The notes beneath the pieces were generated by a model. That model worked only from the letters and a program-made list of their open reading frames with translations, did no database searches and was not told the origin of the DNA. Positions 23,297-35,480 of a stretch of DNA of 64,000 bases are shown here, in pieces. Position 1 is the stretch's first letter. Each line of letters starts with the position of its first letter. The stretch lies in the NCBI RefSeq assembly GCF_058153355.1, contig NZ_JBLWLY010000002.1, one strand, 5' to 3'. Made by a program: the position numbers and the translations under genes. Source of the stretch: a plasmid.

Positions 23297-24073
23297 ATGA
23301 ACGAAAACACAACGCTGAATGCACTGATTTGTCGTCACGCCCGAGACCTGCTGCTGGCGCAGGGCTGGCCGGAAGAGACGGATGTTGACCAGCGGAACCC
23401 GAAGTATCCGGGCTGGATCAGCATTTATGTTCTGCTGGATGCGCCCCGGCTGGCGACGTTACTTATCAACCGTCACGGCGGCGCACTGCCGCCACTCCTG
23501 GCCTCCGCCATTCACAAACTGACCGGAACCGGGGCGGAACTTGTACTGTCCGGCAGTCAGTGGCAGTCGCTGCCGGTACTTCCGGCAGACGGAACGCAGG
23601 TGTCTTTCCCGTATGCCGGTGAGTGGCTGGCAGAGGATGAAATCAGGGCAGTTCTTGATGCGGTACGCGATGCAGTACGCTGTGTCAGTTACCAGGTGGC
23701 AGAAGATACGCGGCGTATCCGGGCGGCGCTGACCACAACCGGTCAGACGTTACTGACCCGCCAGACGCGCCGCTTTCGCCTGGTCGTGAAGGAAAGCGAT
23801 CACCCCTGCTGGCTCGATGAGGACGACGAAAACCTGCCCGTGGTGCTCGATGCCATCCTGAACCGGGGCGCACGTTTTTCGGCGGTGGAAATGTATCTGG
23901 TCAGCGATTGTATTGAGCATATCCTGTCCAGTGGGCTGGCCTGCGATGTGCTGCGTATACCGGATGAACCGCCCCGCCGGTGGTTTGACCGTGGTGTTCT
24001 GCGGGAGGTGGTCCGGGAAGCCCGGGCCGAAATTCGCAGCATGGCGGATGCCCTGGCAAAAATCCGGAAATGA
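23297..24073 (+). CDS. hypothetical protein
   Basis: 258-aa ORF, same strand as the preceding block. Confidence 0.5.
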   Translation: MNENTTLNALICRHARDLLLAQGWPEETDVDQRNPKYPGWISIYVLLDAPRLATLLINRHGGALPPLLASAIHKLTGTGAELVLSGSQWQSLPVLPADGTQVSFPYAGEWLAEDEIRAVLDAVRDAVRCVSYQVAEDTRRIRAALTTTGQTLLTRQTRRFRLVVKESDHPCWLDEDDENLPVVLDAILNRGARFSAVEMYLVSDCIEHILSSGLACDVLRIPDEPPRRWFDRGVLREVVREARAEIRSMADALAKIRK

Positions 24074-24375
24074 TGACGATGGCGGGGAAAATCTATGGTC
24101 ACCCCCGTTTTTGCAACACTGATTTTTGATTAATGGTGGGCTTGCTTAAATCTATCCGGCGTCTCTGTGGGCAAGGGATGCCCGCGCCTCGATGAGTTCC
24201 GCACCTGATAATCCTAAAAATCCCCTCGGCTTCAGTGAGCCATTTTCCCCTGTTAGGTTTTTAATCAGGTCGATTTGCCGTTCATGTCATCAATAATCAA
24301 TCTTCGCAAAACCAGACGGTAACTTGTATCTTATTGTTTGCAATAAGCTAATTGAGTTTTGTCAGCATCTATATA

Positions 24376-25266
24376 TCAGGCCTGATATTCTTTTTGCTGA
24401 GTAGTGATTGCCCAGGCAATTCGGGCCAGTTTATTTGCCAGAGCGCAGGCAACCACATTCGAATGCTTCTTGTTGAGTTGCTCCCGAACCCACTCAGCAA
24501 GTTTTCCATGCTGGCGTTCAAGCTGCATCATGAATGAGCGGGCACACTGAACCAGTAACCGGCGTAAATTTTTATCACCTCGCTTACTGATACCCAACAG
24601 AGTCGATTTTCCTCCAGTGCTATACTGCCGGGGAACGAGCCCTGTGGAAGCCGCAAAATCTCTGCTGCATGAAAACAGTTTCCCGTCACCAAGTTGCGAC
24701 GATAGTAAGCTGGCAGTAATCGGCCCAACACCAGGAATTGTCATAATGCGCTGAGCGGTATCATCAGCGTTGATTGACTGACTTAATTCTGATTCCAGCT
24801 CTGCTATTTGCTCAACAAGGTAAAGGTAGTGGGTATGCAACCTCACCAAAAGGCGGCTCAGATATTCGGGGATTTCGTGTTCAGCCAATACGAGAGACAA
24901 CCGTTTTATTACGGCATCCCCTGTCGGCAGGCTGATTCCAAATTCCAGCAGGAAACCGTGGATCTGGTTGGTTGTTTTCACCTTATCTCTGATGAGCGAT
25001 TCTCTGACCCGGTGTAATGCCCTCATTGCCTGCTGGGTCTCAGTTCTTGGTTGGACAAAACGCATTGATGGTCGTGAAGCCGCTTCACATATGGCTTCTG
25101 CATCAACAAAATCATTCTTATTACTTTTGACAAACGGGCGAACGAACTGTGGAGAAATCAGCTTAGTTTCATGTCCAAAATCAGAGATACGGCGAGCCAA
25201 AAAGTGTGCACCCGCACAGGCTTCCATTACAACAACTGAGGGCGGACATGTTGCCAGAAACTGCAT
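24376..25266 (-). CDS. IS110-family transposase; 5' end overlapped by IS66 terminal repeat
   Basis: 296-aa ORF; upstream in frame to about 25365 encodes YLIGIDLGKHSFHIH but no start codon is left. Confidence 0.7.
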   Translation of the reverse strand: MQFLATCPPSVVVMEACAGAHFLARRISDFGHETKLISPQFVRPFVKSNKNDFVDAEAICEAASRPSMRFVQPRTETQQAMRALHRVRESLIRDKVKTTNQIHGFLLEFGISLPTGDAVIKRLSLVLAEHEIPEYLSRLLVRLHTHYLYLVEQIAELESELSQSINADDTAQRIMTIPGVGPITASLLSSQLGDGKLFSCSRDFAASTGLVPRQYSTGGKSTLLGISKRGDKNLRRLLVQCARSFMMQLERQHGKLAEWVREQLNKKHSNVVACALANKLARIAWAITTQQKEYQA

Positions 25267-25451
25267 CAGTTTAGTACGGGTAAATTTTTTACGCAGAAGA
25301 GCCTTACCAGACTTGTCTTGACAATGAATGTGGAAGGAATGCTTTCCGAGATCGATACCAATAAGGTAAGCGTAAACTGACCGCCGTATGTAGCCATTAA
25401 GCCTGTATTGGTAACGTAGGTGCCCACCTTTTCAACTAGTGGACACCTGTT

Positions 25452-25871
25452 ATGGAACAGAAAGCATTATCCGCAGAACCCCGCAGATCATTTTCAAATG
25501 AGTTTAAACTTCAAATGGTTAAACTGGCTTCACAACCAGGAGCCTCTGTTGCCCGTATTGCCCGGGAACACGATATCAATGATAACCTGCTGTTCAAATG
25601 GCTCAGGCTCTGGCAGAACGAAGGGCGCATATCGCGGCGTCTTCCGGTAACAACCTCTTCTGACACTGGCGTTGAATTATTACCTGTGGAGATAACGCCG
25701 GATGAGCCGAAAGAACCGGTGGCTGCTCTTACTCCGTCTTTATCTACTCAGACTACAGTTAGTGCCAGCTCCTGCAAGGTGGAGTTCCGTCACGGTAACA
25801 TGACGCTGGAAAATCCTTCACCAGAGCTGCTCACAGTGTTGCTCCGTGAACTGACCGGGAGGGGACGATGA
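25452..25871 (+). CDS. IS66 OrfA
   Basis: 139 aa, IS66 orfA-like (FKLQMVKLASQPGASVARIARE). Confidence 0.8.
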   Translation: MEQKALSAEPRRSFSNEFKLQMVKLASQPGASVARIAREHDINDNLLFKWLRLWQNEGRISRRLPVTTSSDTGVELLPVEITPDEPKEPVAALTPSLSTQTTVSASSCKVEFRHGNMTLENPSPELLTVLLRELTGRGR

Positions 25872-26218
25872 TCTCACTCCCGTCAGGCACCCGCATCTGG
25901 CTCGTTGCTGGGATAACCGATATGCGTAAGTCTTTCAACGGGCTGGGTGAACAGGTACAGCATGTGCTGAATGATAATCCCTTCTCCGGTCACCTGTTCA
26001 TCTTCCGTGGCCGACGGGGTGACATGATTAAAATCCTGTGGGCTGATGCTGATGGTCTGTGCCTGTTCACCAGACGCCTGGAGGAAGGCCAGTTTATCTG
26101 GCCTGCTGTGCGTGACGGCAAGGTATCCATTACCCGCTCGCAACTGGCAATGCTCCTCGATAAGCTGGACTGGCGTCAGCCAAAAACATCCCGCCTTAAC
26201 GCACAGACAATGTTGTAA
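25868..26218 (+). CDS. IS66 TnpB
   Basis: 116 aa, LPSGTRIWLVAGITDMRKSFNGL. Confidence 0.8.
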   Translation: MISLPSGTRIWLVAGITDMRKSFNGLGEQVQHVLNDNPFSGHLFIFRGRRGDMIKILWADADGLCLFTRRLEEGQFIWPAVRDGKVSITRSQLAMLLDKLDWRQPKTSRLNAQTML

Positions 26219-26248
26219 AAATGTCATGGCCGGATTATAAAAACGGCC

Positions 26249-27840
26249 ATGAATCAAAAATACCTCATTCGCATTGCAGAACTGGAATGCCAGCTCCGTC
26301 AGAAAGACCAGCAACTGAGTCTGGTTGAAGAGACGGAGGCCTTCCTGCGCTCTGCACTGGCCCGCGCCGAAGAAAAGATCGAAGAAGATGAACGGGAAAT
26401 AGAACATCTGCGGGCTCAGATAGAAAAACTGCGCCGGATGCTGTTCGGTACCCGTTCTGAAAAACTGCGTCGTGAAGTTGAACAGGCTGAGGCCCTGCTG
26501 AAACAACGCGAACAGGACAGTGATCGTTACAGTGGGCGGGAAGACGATCCGCAGGTTCCCCGCCAGTTGCGACAGTCTCGTCATCGTCGCCCGTTACCGG
26601 AGCATCTGCCCCGCGAAATAAATCGCCTGGAGCCAGAAGAAAGCTGTTGCCCGGAGTGTGGCGGTGAGCTGGATTATCTGGGGGAAGTCAGCGCAGAACA
26701 ACTGGAACTGGTGAGCAGCGCTCTGAAAGTGATCCGCACAGAACGGGTAAAAAAAGCCTGTACAAAATGTGACTGCATCGTTGAAGCACCGGCACCATCC
26801 CGTCCGATAGAGCGTGGTATCGCGGGCCCGGGGTTACTTGCCCGCGTGTTAACGGGAAAATACTGCGAACACCTGCCACTGTATCGTCAGAGTGAAATTT
26901 TTGCCCGTCAGGGTGTCGAACTGAGCCGTGCATTACTCTCCAACTGGGTTGACGCGAGCTGCCAGTTAATGACGTCGCTGAATGATGCCCTGTACCGTTA
27001 TGTGATGAACAGCCGCAAAGTTCACACTGATGACACACCAGTAAAAGTGCTGGCACCGGGCAGGAAGAAGGCGAAAACAGGATATATCTGGACGTATGTC
27101 CGGGATGACAGGAATGCCGGTTCGCCAGAGCCTCCGGCGGTCTGGTTCGCCTACTCACCGGACCATCAGGGTAAACATCCGGAGCAGCACCTTAGTCCCT
27201 TCCGGGGTATCCTGCAGGCAGATGCGTTTAATGGTTACGATCGGCTGTTCAGTGCCGAACGAGAAGGCGGCGCGTTGACGGAAGCAGGATGCTGGGCTCA
27301 TGCGCGGCGCAAAGTCCACGATGTATATATCAGTACCAAAAGCGCGACAGCGGAAGAAGCACTGAAACTAATCGGTGAGCTGTACGCCATCGAGCACGAA
27401 ATACGCGGGTTGCCGGTGTCTGAACGCCTGGCGGTCAGGCAAATGCAGAGTAAACCGCTACTGACTTCCCTGTATAAGCTGATGCAGAGAAAGAACACAC
27501 GTTATCGAAAAAATGCCGTCTGAGAGATGCGTTCCGGTATATCAGGAAGCACTGGGTTGTGTTGTGCAATTTCAGTGATGATGGTCTGGCTGAGGCGGAT
27601 AATAATGCCGCGGAAAGAGCGCTTCGTGCAGTCTGTCTCGGAAAGAAAAACTTTATGTTCTTCGGCAGCGATCACGGTGGAGAGCGTGGTGCGCTACTGT
27701 ACGGGCTGACCGGCACCTGCCGACTGAACGGTATCGATCCGGAAGCGTATCTGCGCCATATCCTGAGCGTACTGCCGGAATGGCCTTCCAACCGTGTTGA
27801 CGAACTCCTGCCATGGAACGTAGCACTCACCAATAAATAA
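26249..27840 (+). pseudogene. IS66 TnpC transposase, frameshifted near 27520
   Basis: ORF 26249..27523 continues in another frame as ORF 27559..27840. Confidence 0.7.
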
Positions 27841-28086
27841 GCGTCAATACGGTGCTCCGTTGACGCTTACGGTGACGGGCTGTGCCTCCTGACCAAACGG
27901 CTGGAGCGTGGGCGTCAGCCCGTGATGGCAAAGTGTTCCTTCGGACACGGCAAAAGCGTTCGCATACCTGCTGAAACAGTGGGTATGCACTGAACGTGTA
28001 CTGCAGTAATGGCTGGGTGGAAATCGACAACAACATCGCAGAGAACGCCTTACGGGGAGTGGCCGTAGGCCGGAAAAACTGGCTCT

Positions 28087-29910
28087 GTGTGTCACGAAGG
28101 AGTACTTATGGCAACAATGTGAAAATTGCAGCATAAGTTATCCATGCTCTGAGGTGGGTGGAGGTGGGCCCTCCGGTCAGGGTTTACAGGAGCACTGACC
28201 AAACGACCCGGTGCTGCTTCATTCTAAGGAATGAGGTGGTGAGCGACTCGGGAAAAGGCAGAGATCTACTGTCACGTGGGGTTCGGGAAGCTGAACGAAA
28301 GTAAACTGTCCGATGAAGCATCGAAATCTTAGATGATGTCAAAATGGGGCCGTACAGCCGTCCCCTGATAAGCGCAGAAGACACCTGCTTACTGACTGCG
28401 CGGCATCCGGTGTGAAGGCAGCAGGATCCCGGGCCAGACCATCTCAGGGAACGTGAGAACCTGTTTCCGGCACGTATCGGGAAACAGGGGCGGACCCATT
28501 CGTAGTAGTGATGAAAGATCTGTAATGGGTCTGGAGCGAAGGGATGGGGATCACATTCATTGCAGAAGACACAACCCAAAAGGGGATGACGTAACTGATG
28601 CAACGAAAATCATTTGAAATACCAAAAGCACTGGTCTGGGCATCATATCTGGATGTGCGTCGCAACAAGGGAGCCCCCGGATGCGACGGGCAGACTTTGA
28701 AAATGTTCGACCAGCAACGTGATGGCAATCTATACAAGATCTGGAACCGGCTATGTTCGGGAACATGGTTTCCGCCACCAGTGCTGGAAAAACGGATCCC
28801 GAAGTCGAATGGCAAGGAACGCATTCTGGGGATCCCAACAGTATCCGATCGAATTGCTCAGGGAGCGATAAAACTTTTCATGGAAGAAAAGCTTGACCCG
28901 ATTTTCCATGCTGATTCATATGGTTACCGACCAGGCAAATCAGCTCATGACGCTCTGAAACAATGTGCCATCCGGTGCTGGCGTTATAGCTGGATACTGG
29001 AAGTGGACATCAGTGCGTTTTTCGACCATGTGAGACATGATCTGGTGCTCAAAGCTCTGGAACACCACGGGATGCCTAAATGGGTCATCCTGTACTGTCG
29101 ACGCTGGATGGAAGCGCCAATGCAGAGTTGTGAAAATGGAGAATTAATAACCCGAACACGAGGCACTCCGCAGGGCGGGGTCATTAGTCCACTACTTGCT
29201 AACTTGTTCCTTCACTATGCATTTGATTTGTGGATGGAAAGAGAATATCGGGGGGTACCGTTTGAGAGGTACGCTGACGATATTGTAGTACATTGTTCAC
29301 GAATGAGTGATGCAACAAGGCTGAAGAACAGGTTATCGGAGCGCTTCTCGGAAGTCGGGCTGGTCCTGAATGCAGGGAAAACGAATATCGCCTACATTGA
29401 CACGTTTAAAAGGAGAAACGTCGCAACGAGTTTCACCTTTCTCGGATATGACTTCAAAGTGCGTACGCTGAAGAATTTCAAAGGCGAACTGTACCGAAAA
29501 TGCATGCCGGGTGCGTCAAATGCAGCAATGCGCAAAATAACAGAAACAATCAAGAAGTGGCGTATACATCGCTCAACAGCTGAGAGTTTGCTGGATTTTG
29601 CGAGGCGCTACAATGCGATAGTGAGAGGCTGGATCGAGTACTACGGAAAGTTCTGGTCCAGAAATTTCAACTATCGACTGTGGAGTGCAATGCAGTCACG
29701 TCTGCTCAAGTGGATGCAGTCTAAATACAGACTTTCGAACCGGAAGGCTCAGCGAAAGCTGACGCTGGTAAGGAAGGAGTATCCGAAGCTATTTGTTCAC
29801 TGGTATTTACTACGTGCATCAAATGAGTGATCAAGAGCCGTATGACGCGAGAGTGTCACGTACGGTTCCGTGAGCAGCCGGGGAGTGAAATTCTCTCCGG
29901 CTGACTCGAC
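28087..29910 (+). mobile_element. bacterial group II intron, copy 2
   Basis: same sequence as copy 1 in opposite orientation; begins gtgtg after ...aaaaactggctct and ends ...gactcgac before tcgcgggttctgac. Confidence 0.8.
28598..29830 (+). CDS. group II intron-encoded reverse transcriptase/maturase
   Basis: 410 aa, identical to ORF 4768..6000. Confidence 0.85.
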   Translation: MQRKSFEIPKALVWASYLDVRRNKGAPGCDGQTLKMFDQQRDGNLYKIWNRLCSGTWFPPPVLEKRIPKSNGKERILGIPTVSDRIAQGAIKLFMEEKLDPIFHADSYGYRPGKSAHDALKQCAIRCWRYSWILEVDISAFFDHVRHDLVLKALEHHGMPKWVILYCRRWMEAPMQSCENGELITRTRGTPQGGVISPLLANLFLHYAFDLWMEREYRGVPFERYADDIVVHCSRMSDATRLKNRLSERFSEVGLVLNAGKTNIAYIDTFKRRNVATSFTFLGYDFKVRTLKNFKGELYRKCMPGASNAAMRKITETIKKWRIHRSTAESLLDFARRYNAIVRGWIEYYGKFWSRNFNYRLWSAMQSRLLKWMQSKYRLSNRKAQRKLTLVRKEYPKLFVHWYLLRASNE

Positions 29911-30156
29911 TCGCGGGTTCTGACAGCGGTGGTGAACATGCTGCGGTGTTGTACTCGCTGATCGGCACATGCCGTCTGAACAATGTGGAACCAGAAAAAT
30001 GGCTGCGTTACGTCATTGAGCATATCCAGGACTGGCCGGCAAACCGGGTACGTGATCTGTTGCCCTGGAAAGTTGATCTGAGCTCTCAGTAAATATCAAT
30101 ACGGTTCTGACGAGCCGTTTACTCAGAAAGAGAGCGATACGCTACAGCTGGAGCTG

Positions 30157-31503
<1,347 letters not shown>

Positions 31504-31511
31504 AGAGGGAT

Positions 31512-31860
31512 GTATCAGCAGTGACTGAAGGTTGACCTGCTGAAGTGCGAGCTGTGCGGAGGTCAGATGCGGTTTACGGGGCTGAAGAGGGGTTACCGTC
31601 TGGCAGAGCAGGTTATGATGCATGAGCCGCTGGCACGAATGCGGTGGTGCGGCTGAGCGCCGCAGAGGGGAAGTTGCGTCCATGTTGAGGGGAACGGAGC
31701 AAAAAACCATCAGAGATATATTGAATCAATCAATGTAAGCAATATCAACTGTCTATACCAATTACGTGATGATCAGGTCGTGTTGAATAAACGCGCATTC
31801 TTCGGTGCTTTTCTAATCTTTTGGGGATTTAAGTTCCTGTCGATGAACTGCTGGCGCTGC
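31512..31860. repeat. second copy of the 350-bp IS-derived segment at 848..1200
   Basis: near-identical sequence; here flanked by an IS66 fragment and an IS1 fragment. Confidence 0.7.
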
Positions 31861-31880
31861 TTACCCCTTTTACCATCGGT

Positions 31881-32096
31881 ATGTTGACCACTGACGAATG
31901 GGGTAGTTACACCAGAGAGTTACCGAAGGAGAAGTATCTGACTGGTAAGATTTTTACTCAGCGCATTGAGCGCAACAATCTGCCCCTGAGAACCCGAATC
32001 AAACGCCTGGCTCGCAGAACCATCTGTTTCTCTCGCTCTGTAAAATTTCATGAAAAAGTTATCGGTGCTTTTATCGAAAAACATATGTTCTACTAA
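31881..32096 (+). pseudogene. IS1 InsB C-terminal fragment
   Basis: 71-aa ORF with InsB-like KIFTQRIERNNLPLRTRIKRLARR...HEKVIGAF; IS1-like end ggtgatgact (complement) at 32101..32110. Confidence 0.65.
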
Positions 32097-32490
32097 TTGG
32101 AGTCATCACCCTTTTCCTCTTGGTGTTATCCCATCAATATTTCGGCCACGTGGTTTACGTTTATTATTGATAATAATCAATGAACTGCCGAGTAAAAATA
32201 ACTGCTGATATACGGGATCCCATGTCAACTCCCGTATTATATATTATACCCCAATAGGGTTACATTATTAATGTATGTAAATGTTAATTAATCAAAACAT
32301 TAATCAATTGTTATATAATGCATCACAGGTAAACACCAAATCAACGCAAGTATAATATAGTAAAAATGGTTCATATTTTGGTACTGTTTGGTTTTTTCGT
32401 TTTTAACGGGTGGATATTTGTCTATTTTTTTTTTAAATTATTTGTGTGCTTTCCATAAATAATGGGGTGTAAGTTATTAACTCTAAATTA

Positions 32491-33033
32491 GTGAGTATTA
32501 AATATATTGTGTTTATCTCTGCTTTATTAATTTCCAATACGGGAAAGGGGGGCGAACAGCGAGTTGTTTTCAATGTGGATATTGTAGGTTCTGCCTGTCA
32601 TGTGGTGGTGGATGCGGACGGTTTCGGCAACAGTGGCCGACTGATATTCGGGACTTACCGTAAATCCACTGGCGCACCTGTATTGCCACGTGACTTCGTT
32701 GTGCGCTTGTATGAGTCCGGCGCTACGGTTCAAGGGTGTTCAGCCTTTCGAGCGGGGCAGGTCGCAACTCTGGATTTTGGTAACCCGGGCCAGCTGGACG
32801 CAAAGGGAGTGGTCACTCGCGGTGCTGGTGATGGTATTCGCGTGGATGTACGGGCGGTGGATACACAGGCGGATTATCGCGGACGTCTGACTCAGGACAG
32901 TCATTCGGTGAATTACCCGGTGGAGTTTGCTGTTAAGGGACAGTTCCGTTTTCGTGCACAGCCGGTGTTTCCGGTGAACGTGAAGGCAGGGGAATACACA
33001 GGGGCGCTGACCTTTGTGGTCACGTATCAGTAA
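32491..33033 (+). CDS. K88/F4-type minor fimbrial subunit (FaeC-like position)
   Basis: 180-aa ORF immediately upstream of the usher gene; AT-rich promoter region upstream. Confidence 0.55.
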   Translation: MSIKYIVFISALLISNTGKGGEQRVVFNVDIVGSACHVVVDADGFGNSGRLIFGTYRKSTGAPVLPRDFVVRLYESGATVQGCSAFRAGQVATLDFGNPGQLDAKGVVTRGAGDGIRVDVRAVDTQADYRGRLTQDSHSVNYPVEFAVKGQFRFRAQPVFPVNVKAGEYTGALTFVVTYQ

Positions 33034-33044
33034 CAGAGGAAAGT

Positions 33045-35480
33045 GTGTGTGCAGGAAAGAAGGGGGCAGAGCTGGTTTTGTTCTTGTTTTTTCGTCGGGC
33101 CGCGCTTGCTGTATCAGTCGCTTTCGCCAGTGCCACAGGTGTTGCAGGTGAAAAACTGGATATGTCCTTTATTCGGGGTGGTGCCGGGATTAATCCGGAA
33201 GTCTGGGCAGCGCTGAACGGCAGCTATGCACCGGGACGTTATTTGGTTGACCTGTCCCTGAACGGGAAGGAAGCCGGGAAACAGATACTGGATGTGACAC
33301 CACAGGACAGTGATGAACTGTGCCTGACAGAGGCATGGCTGACGAAGGCCGGGATTTACGTCAGTGCAGATTACTTTCGTGAGGGATATGACGCCACACG
33401 GCAGTGTTATGTGCTGACAAAAGCGCCGTCAGTGAAGGTGGATTTTGATGTTTCCACTCAGAGTCTGGCGCTGTCCCTTCCCCAGAAGGGGCTGGTGAAG
33501 ATGCCGGAGAACGTGGACTGGGATTACGGGACTGGTGCATTTCGCGTGAACTATAACGCGAACGCCAACACCGGCCGGAATAACACCTCGACCTTTGGCT
33601 CGGCAGATCTGAAGGTTAATATTGGGCACTGGGTGGTGAGTTCTTCTGCCTCAGCCAGCGGTGGTGACAGCGGGGATAACTCCGCCACGATAAACGCGTT
33701 CACGGCCACCCGGGCCATCCGCGCACTGAGTGCGGACCTGACGGTCGGGAAAACATCCACCGGGAGCAGTCTGCTGGGCAGTACGGGAACGTACGGAGTG
33801 TCGCTGAGCCGGAACAACAGCATGAAGCCGGGCAATCTGGGGTATACCCCGGTGTTCAGCGGCATTGCGAACGGGGCGTCGAGGGTGACACTGACACAGA
33901 ACGGGCGGTTGCTGCATTCGGAGATGGTGCCGGCAGGTCCGTTCTCCATCACGGATGTGCCGCTGTACACCAGTGGGGATGTGACCATGAAAATCACCGG
34001 CGAGGACGGTCGTGAGCAGACTCAGGTCTTCCCGTTGTCGGTGATGGCCGGGCAGTTAAGCCCGGGACAACACGAGTTCAGCGTGGCAGTCGGTTTGCCT
34101 GACGATGACAGTGACCTGAAAGGCGGCGTGTTTGCGGCGTCATACGGTTACGGTCTGGATGGACTGACGCTGCGCACCGGGGGCGTGTTTAACCGGGACT
34201 GGCAGGGTATTAGCGCCGGGGCTGTCCTGGGGCTGAGTTATCTGGGGGCAGTGTCTGCTGACGGGGCTTATGCCATGGCGAAATACCGTGACGGCAGCCG
34301 CAGCGGAAATAAGGTGCAGTTATCCTGGAGTAAACAACTGGAGATGACGAACACCGGACTGCGGGTGAGCTGGTCACGGCAGAGTGAGGAATATGAGGAC
34401 ATGTCCTCCTTTGACCCGACAGAGCTGTGGTCGCAGTCAAATCATGGTCGCCGGCCGAAGGATGAATGGAATGCCGGTATCAGTCAGTCGGTGGGGGGGC
34501 TGTTCAGTCTGTCGGTGTCCGGCTGGCAGCGGAGTTATTACCCGGCACAGATGACGGGCCGTTATCGGTACAGCGATGACAATGGTCTGGACACAGGGAT
34601 TACCGGTACCCTGAGCACACAGATTAAGGGCGTCAGTCTGAATCTGGGCTGGTCCGGCTCACGGAATTCGCAGGGAGAGAATAACAGGTCGGCGTCAGCC
34701 TCTATCTCGGTGCCATTCACGCTGTTTGAGCGTCGCTACAGCAGCAGTACGTCGGTGAGTACCAGCAAAGGCGGTGGCACGGGCTTCAGCACTGGCGTGT
34801 CCGGCTCGCTGAATGACCGTTTCAGCTATGGCTTGGGCGGCGGTCGTGATAGCGGTGGTGGTGTGAGTAGTTATCTAAACGCGTCGTACAGTGGTGACCG
34901 GGCTTATCTGAATGGTGCCCTGAACCACTCACAGTCCGGCGGAACCAGTGGTTCTGTATCAGTCAGCGGTTCGGTACTGGTCGTCCCGACGGCGAAAGAC
35001 ATTATGTTCAGCCGCACGACCGGGGACACCGTGGCCGTGGTGAACGTGAAGGATACACCGGGTGTGAAGGTGACGTTCGGTGACGGACAGACTGACAGCG
35101 ACGGCAACCTGGTGGTACCGCTGAACAGCTATGACTGGAACACGGTGACGATTGATGCGGGCACACTGCCGCTGAGCACCGAACTGACGAACACCAGTCA
35201 GAAGGTGGTGCCGACGGACAAGGCGGTGGTCTGGATGCCGTTTGATGCCCTGAAAGTCAAGCGTTACCTGCTGCAGGTGAAGCAGCGTGACGGTGAGTTT
35301 GTGCCAGGGGGAACCTGGGCACGTGACAGTAAGAACACACCGCTGGGCTTTGTAGCTAACAATGGTGTGCTGATGATTAACACGGTGGATGCGCCGGGTG
35401 ATATCACCCTAGGCCAGTGCCGGATACCTGCGGCCAGACTGCAGGATACTGAGAAACTACAGGAGATTACGTGTGAGTAA
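33045..35480 (+). CDS. fimbrial outer-membrane usher (FaeD-like)
   Basis: 811-aa ORF, usher-sized, between subunit and chaperone genes. Confidence 0.85.
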   Translation: MCAGKKGAELVLFLFFRRAALAVSVAFASATGVAGEKLDMSFIRGGAGINPEVWAALNGSYAPGRYLVDLSLNGKEAGKQILDVTPQDSDELCLTEAWLTKAGIYVSADYFREGYDATRQCYVLTKAPSVKVDFDVSTQSLALSLPQKGLVKMPENVDWDYGTGAFRVNYNANANTGRNNTSTFGSADLKVNIGHWVVSSSASASGGDSGDNSATINAFTATRAIRALSADLTVGKTSTGSSLLGSTGTYGVSLSRNNSMKPGNLGYTPVFSGIANGASRVTLTQNGRLLHSEMVPAGPFSITDVPLYTSGDVTMKITGEDGREQTQVFPLSVMAGQLSPGQHEFSVAVGLPDDDSDLKGGVFAASYGYGLDGLTLRTGGVFNRDWQGISAGAVLGLSYLGAVSADGAYAMAKYRDGSRSGNKVQLSWSKQLEMTNTGLRVSWSRQSEEYEDMSSFDPTELWSQSNHGRRPKDEWNAGISQSVGGLFSLSVSGWQRSYYPAQMTGRYRYSDDNGLDTGITGTLSTQIKGVSLNLGWSGSRNSQGENNRSASASISVPFTLFERRYSSSTSVSTSKGGGTGFSTGVSGSLNDRFSYGLGGGRDSGGGVSSYLNASYSGDRAYLNGALNHSQSGGTSGSVSVSGSVLVVPTAKDIMFSRTTGDTVAVVNVKDTPGVKVTFGDGQTDSDGNLVVPLNSYDWNTVTIDAGTLPLSTELTNTSQKVVPTDKAVVWMPFDALKVKRYLLQVKQRDGEFVPGGTWARDSKNTPLGFVANNGVLMINTVDAPGDITLGQCRIPAARLQDTEKLQEITCE

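Larger units (their letters stand above)
25366..27870 (+). mobile_element. IS66-family element, copy B
   Basis: terminal repeats gtaagcgtaaactgaccgcc (25366) and ...cgttgacgcttac (27870); orfA, tnpB and tnpC in order. Confidence 0.75.
27871..30120 (+). mobile_element. IS66 remnant (tnpB scrap plus tnpC 3' end) carrying group II intron copy 2
   Basis: tnpB-like and tnpC-like pieces flank the intron; IS66 terminal repeat ends at about 30120. Confidence 0.65.

Noticed and set aside
33429-34440. Minus-strand ORFs inside the usher gene (33429..33629, 33551..33997, 33651..33917, 34210..34440)
   Set aside because: Antisense to a long, well-supported usher reading frame.
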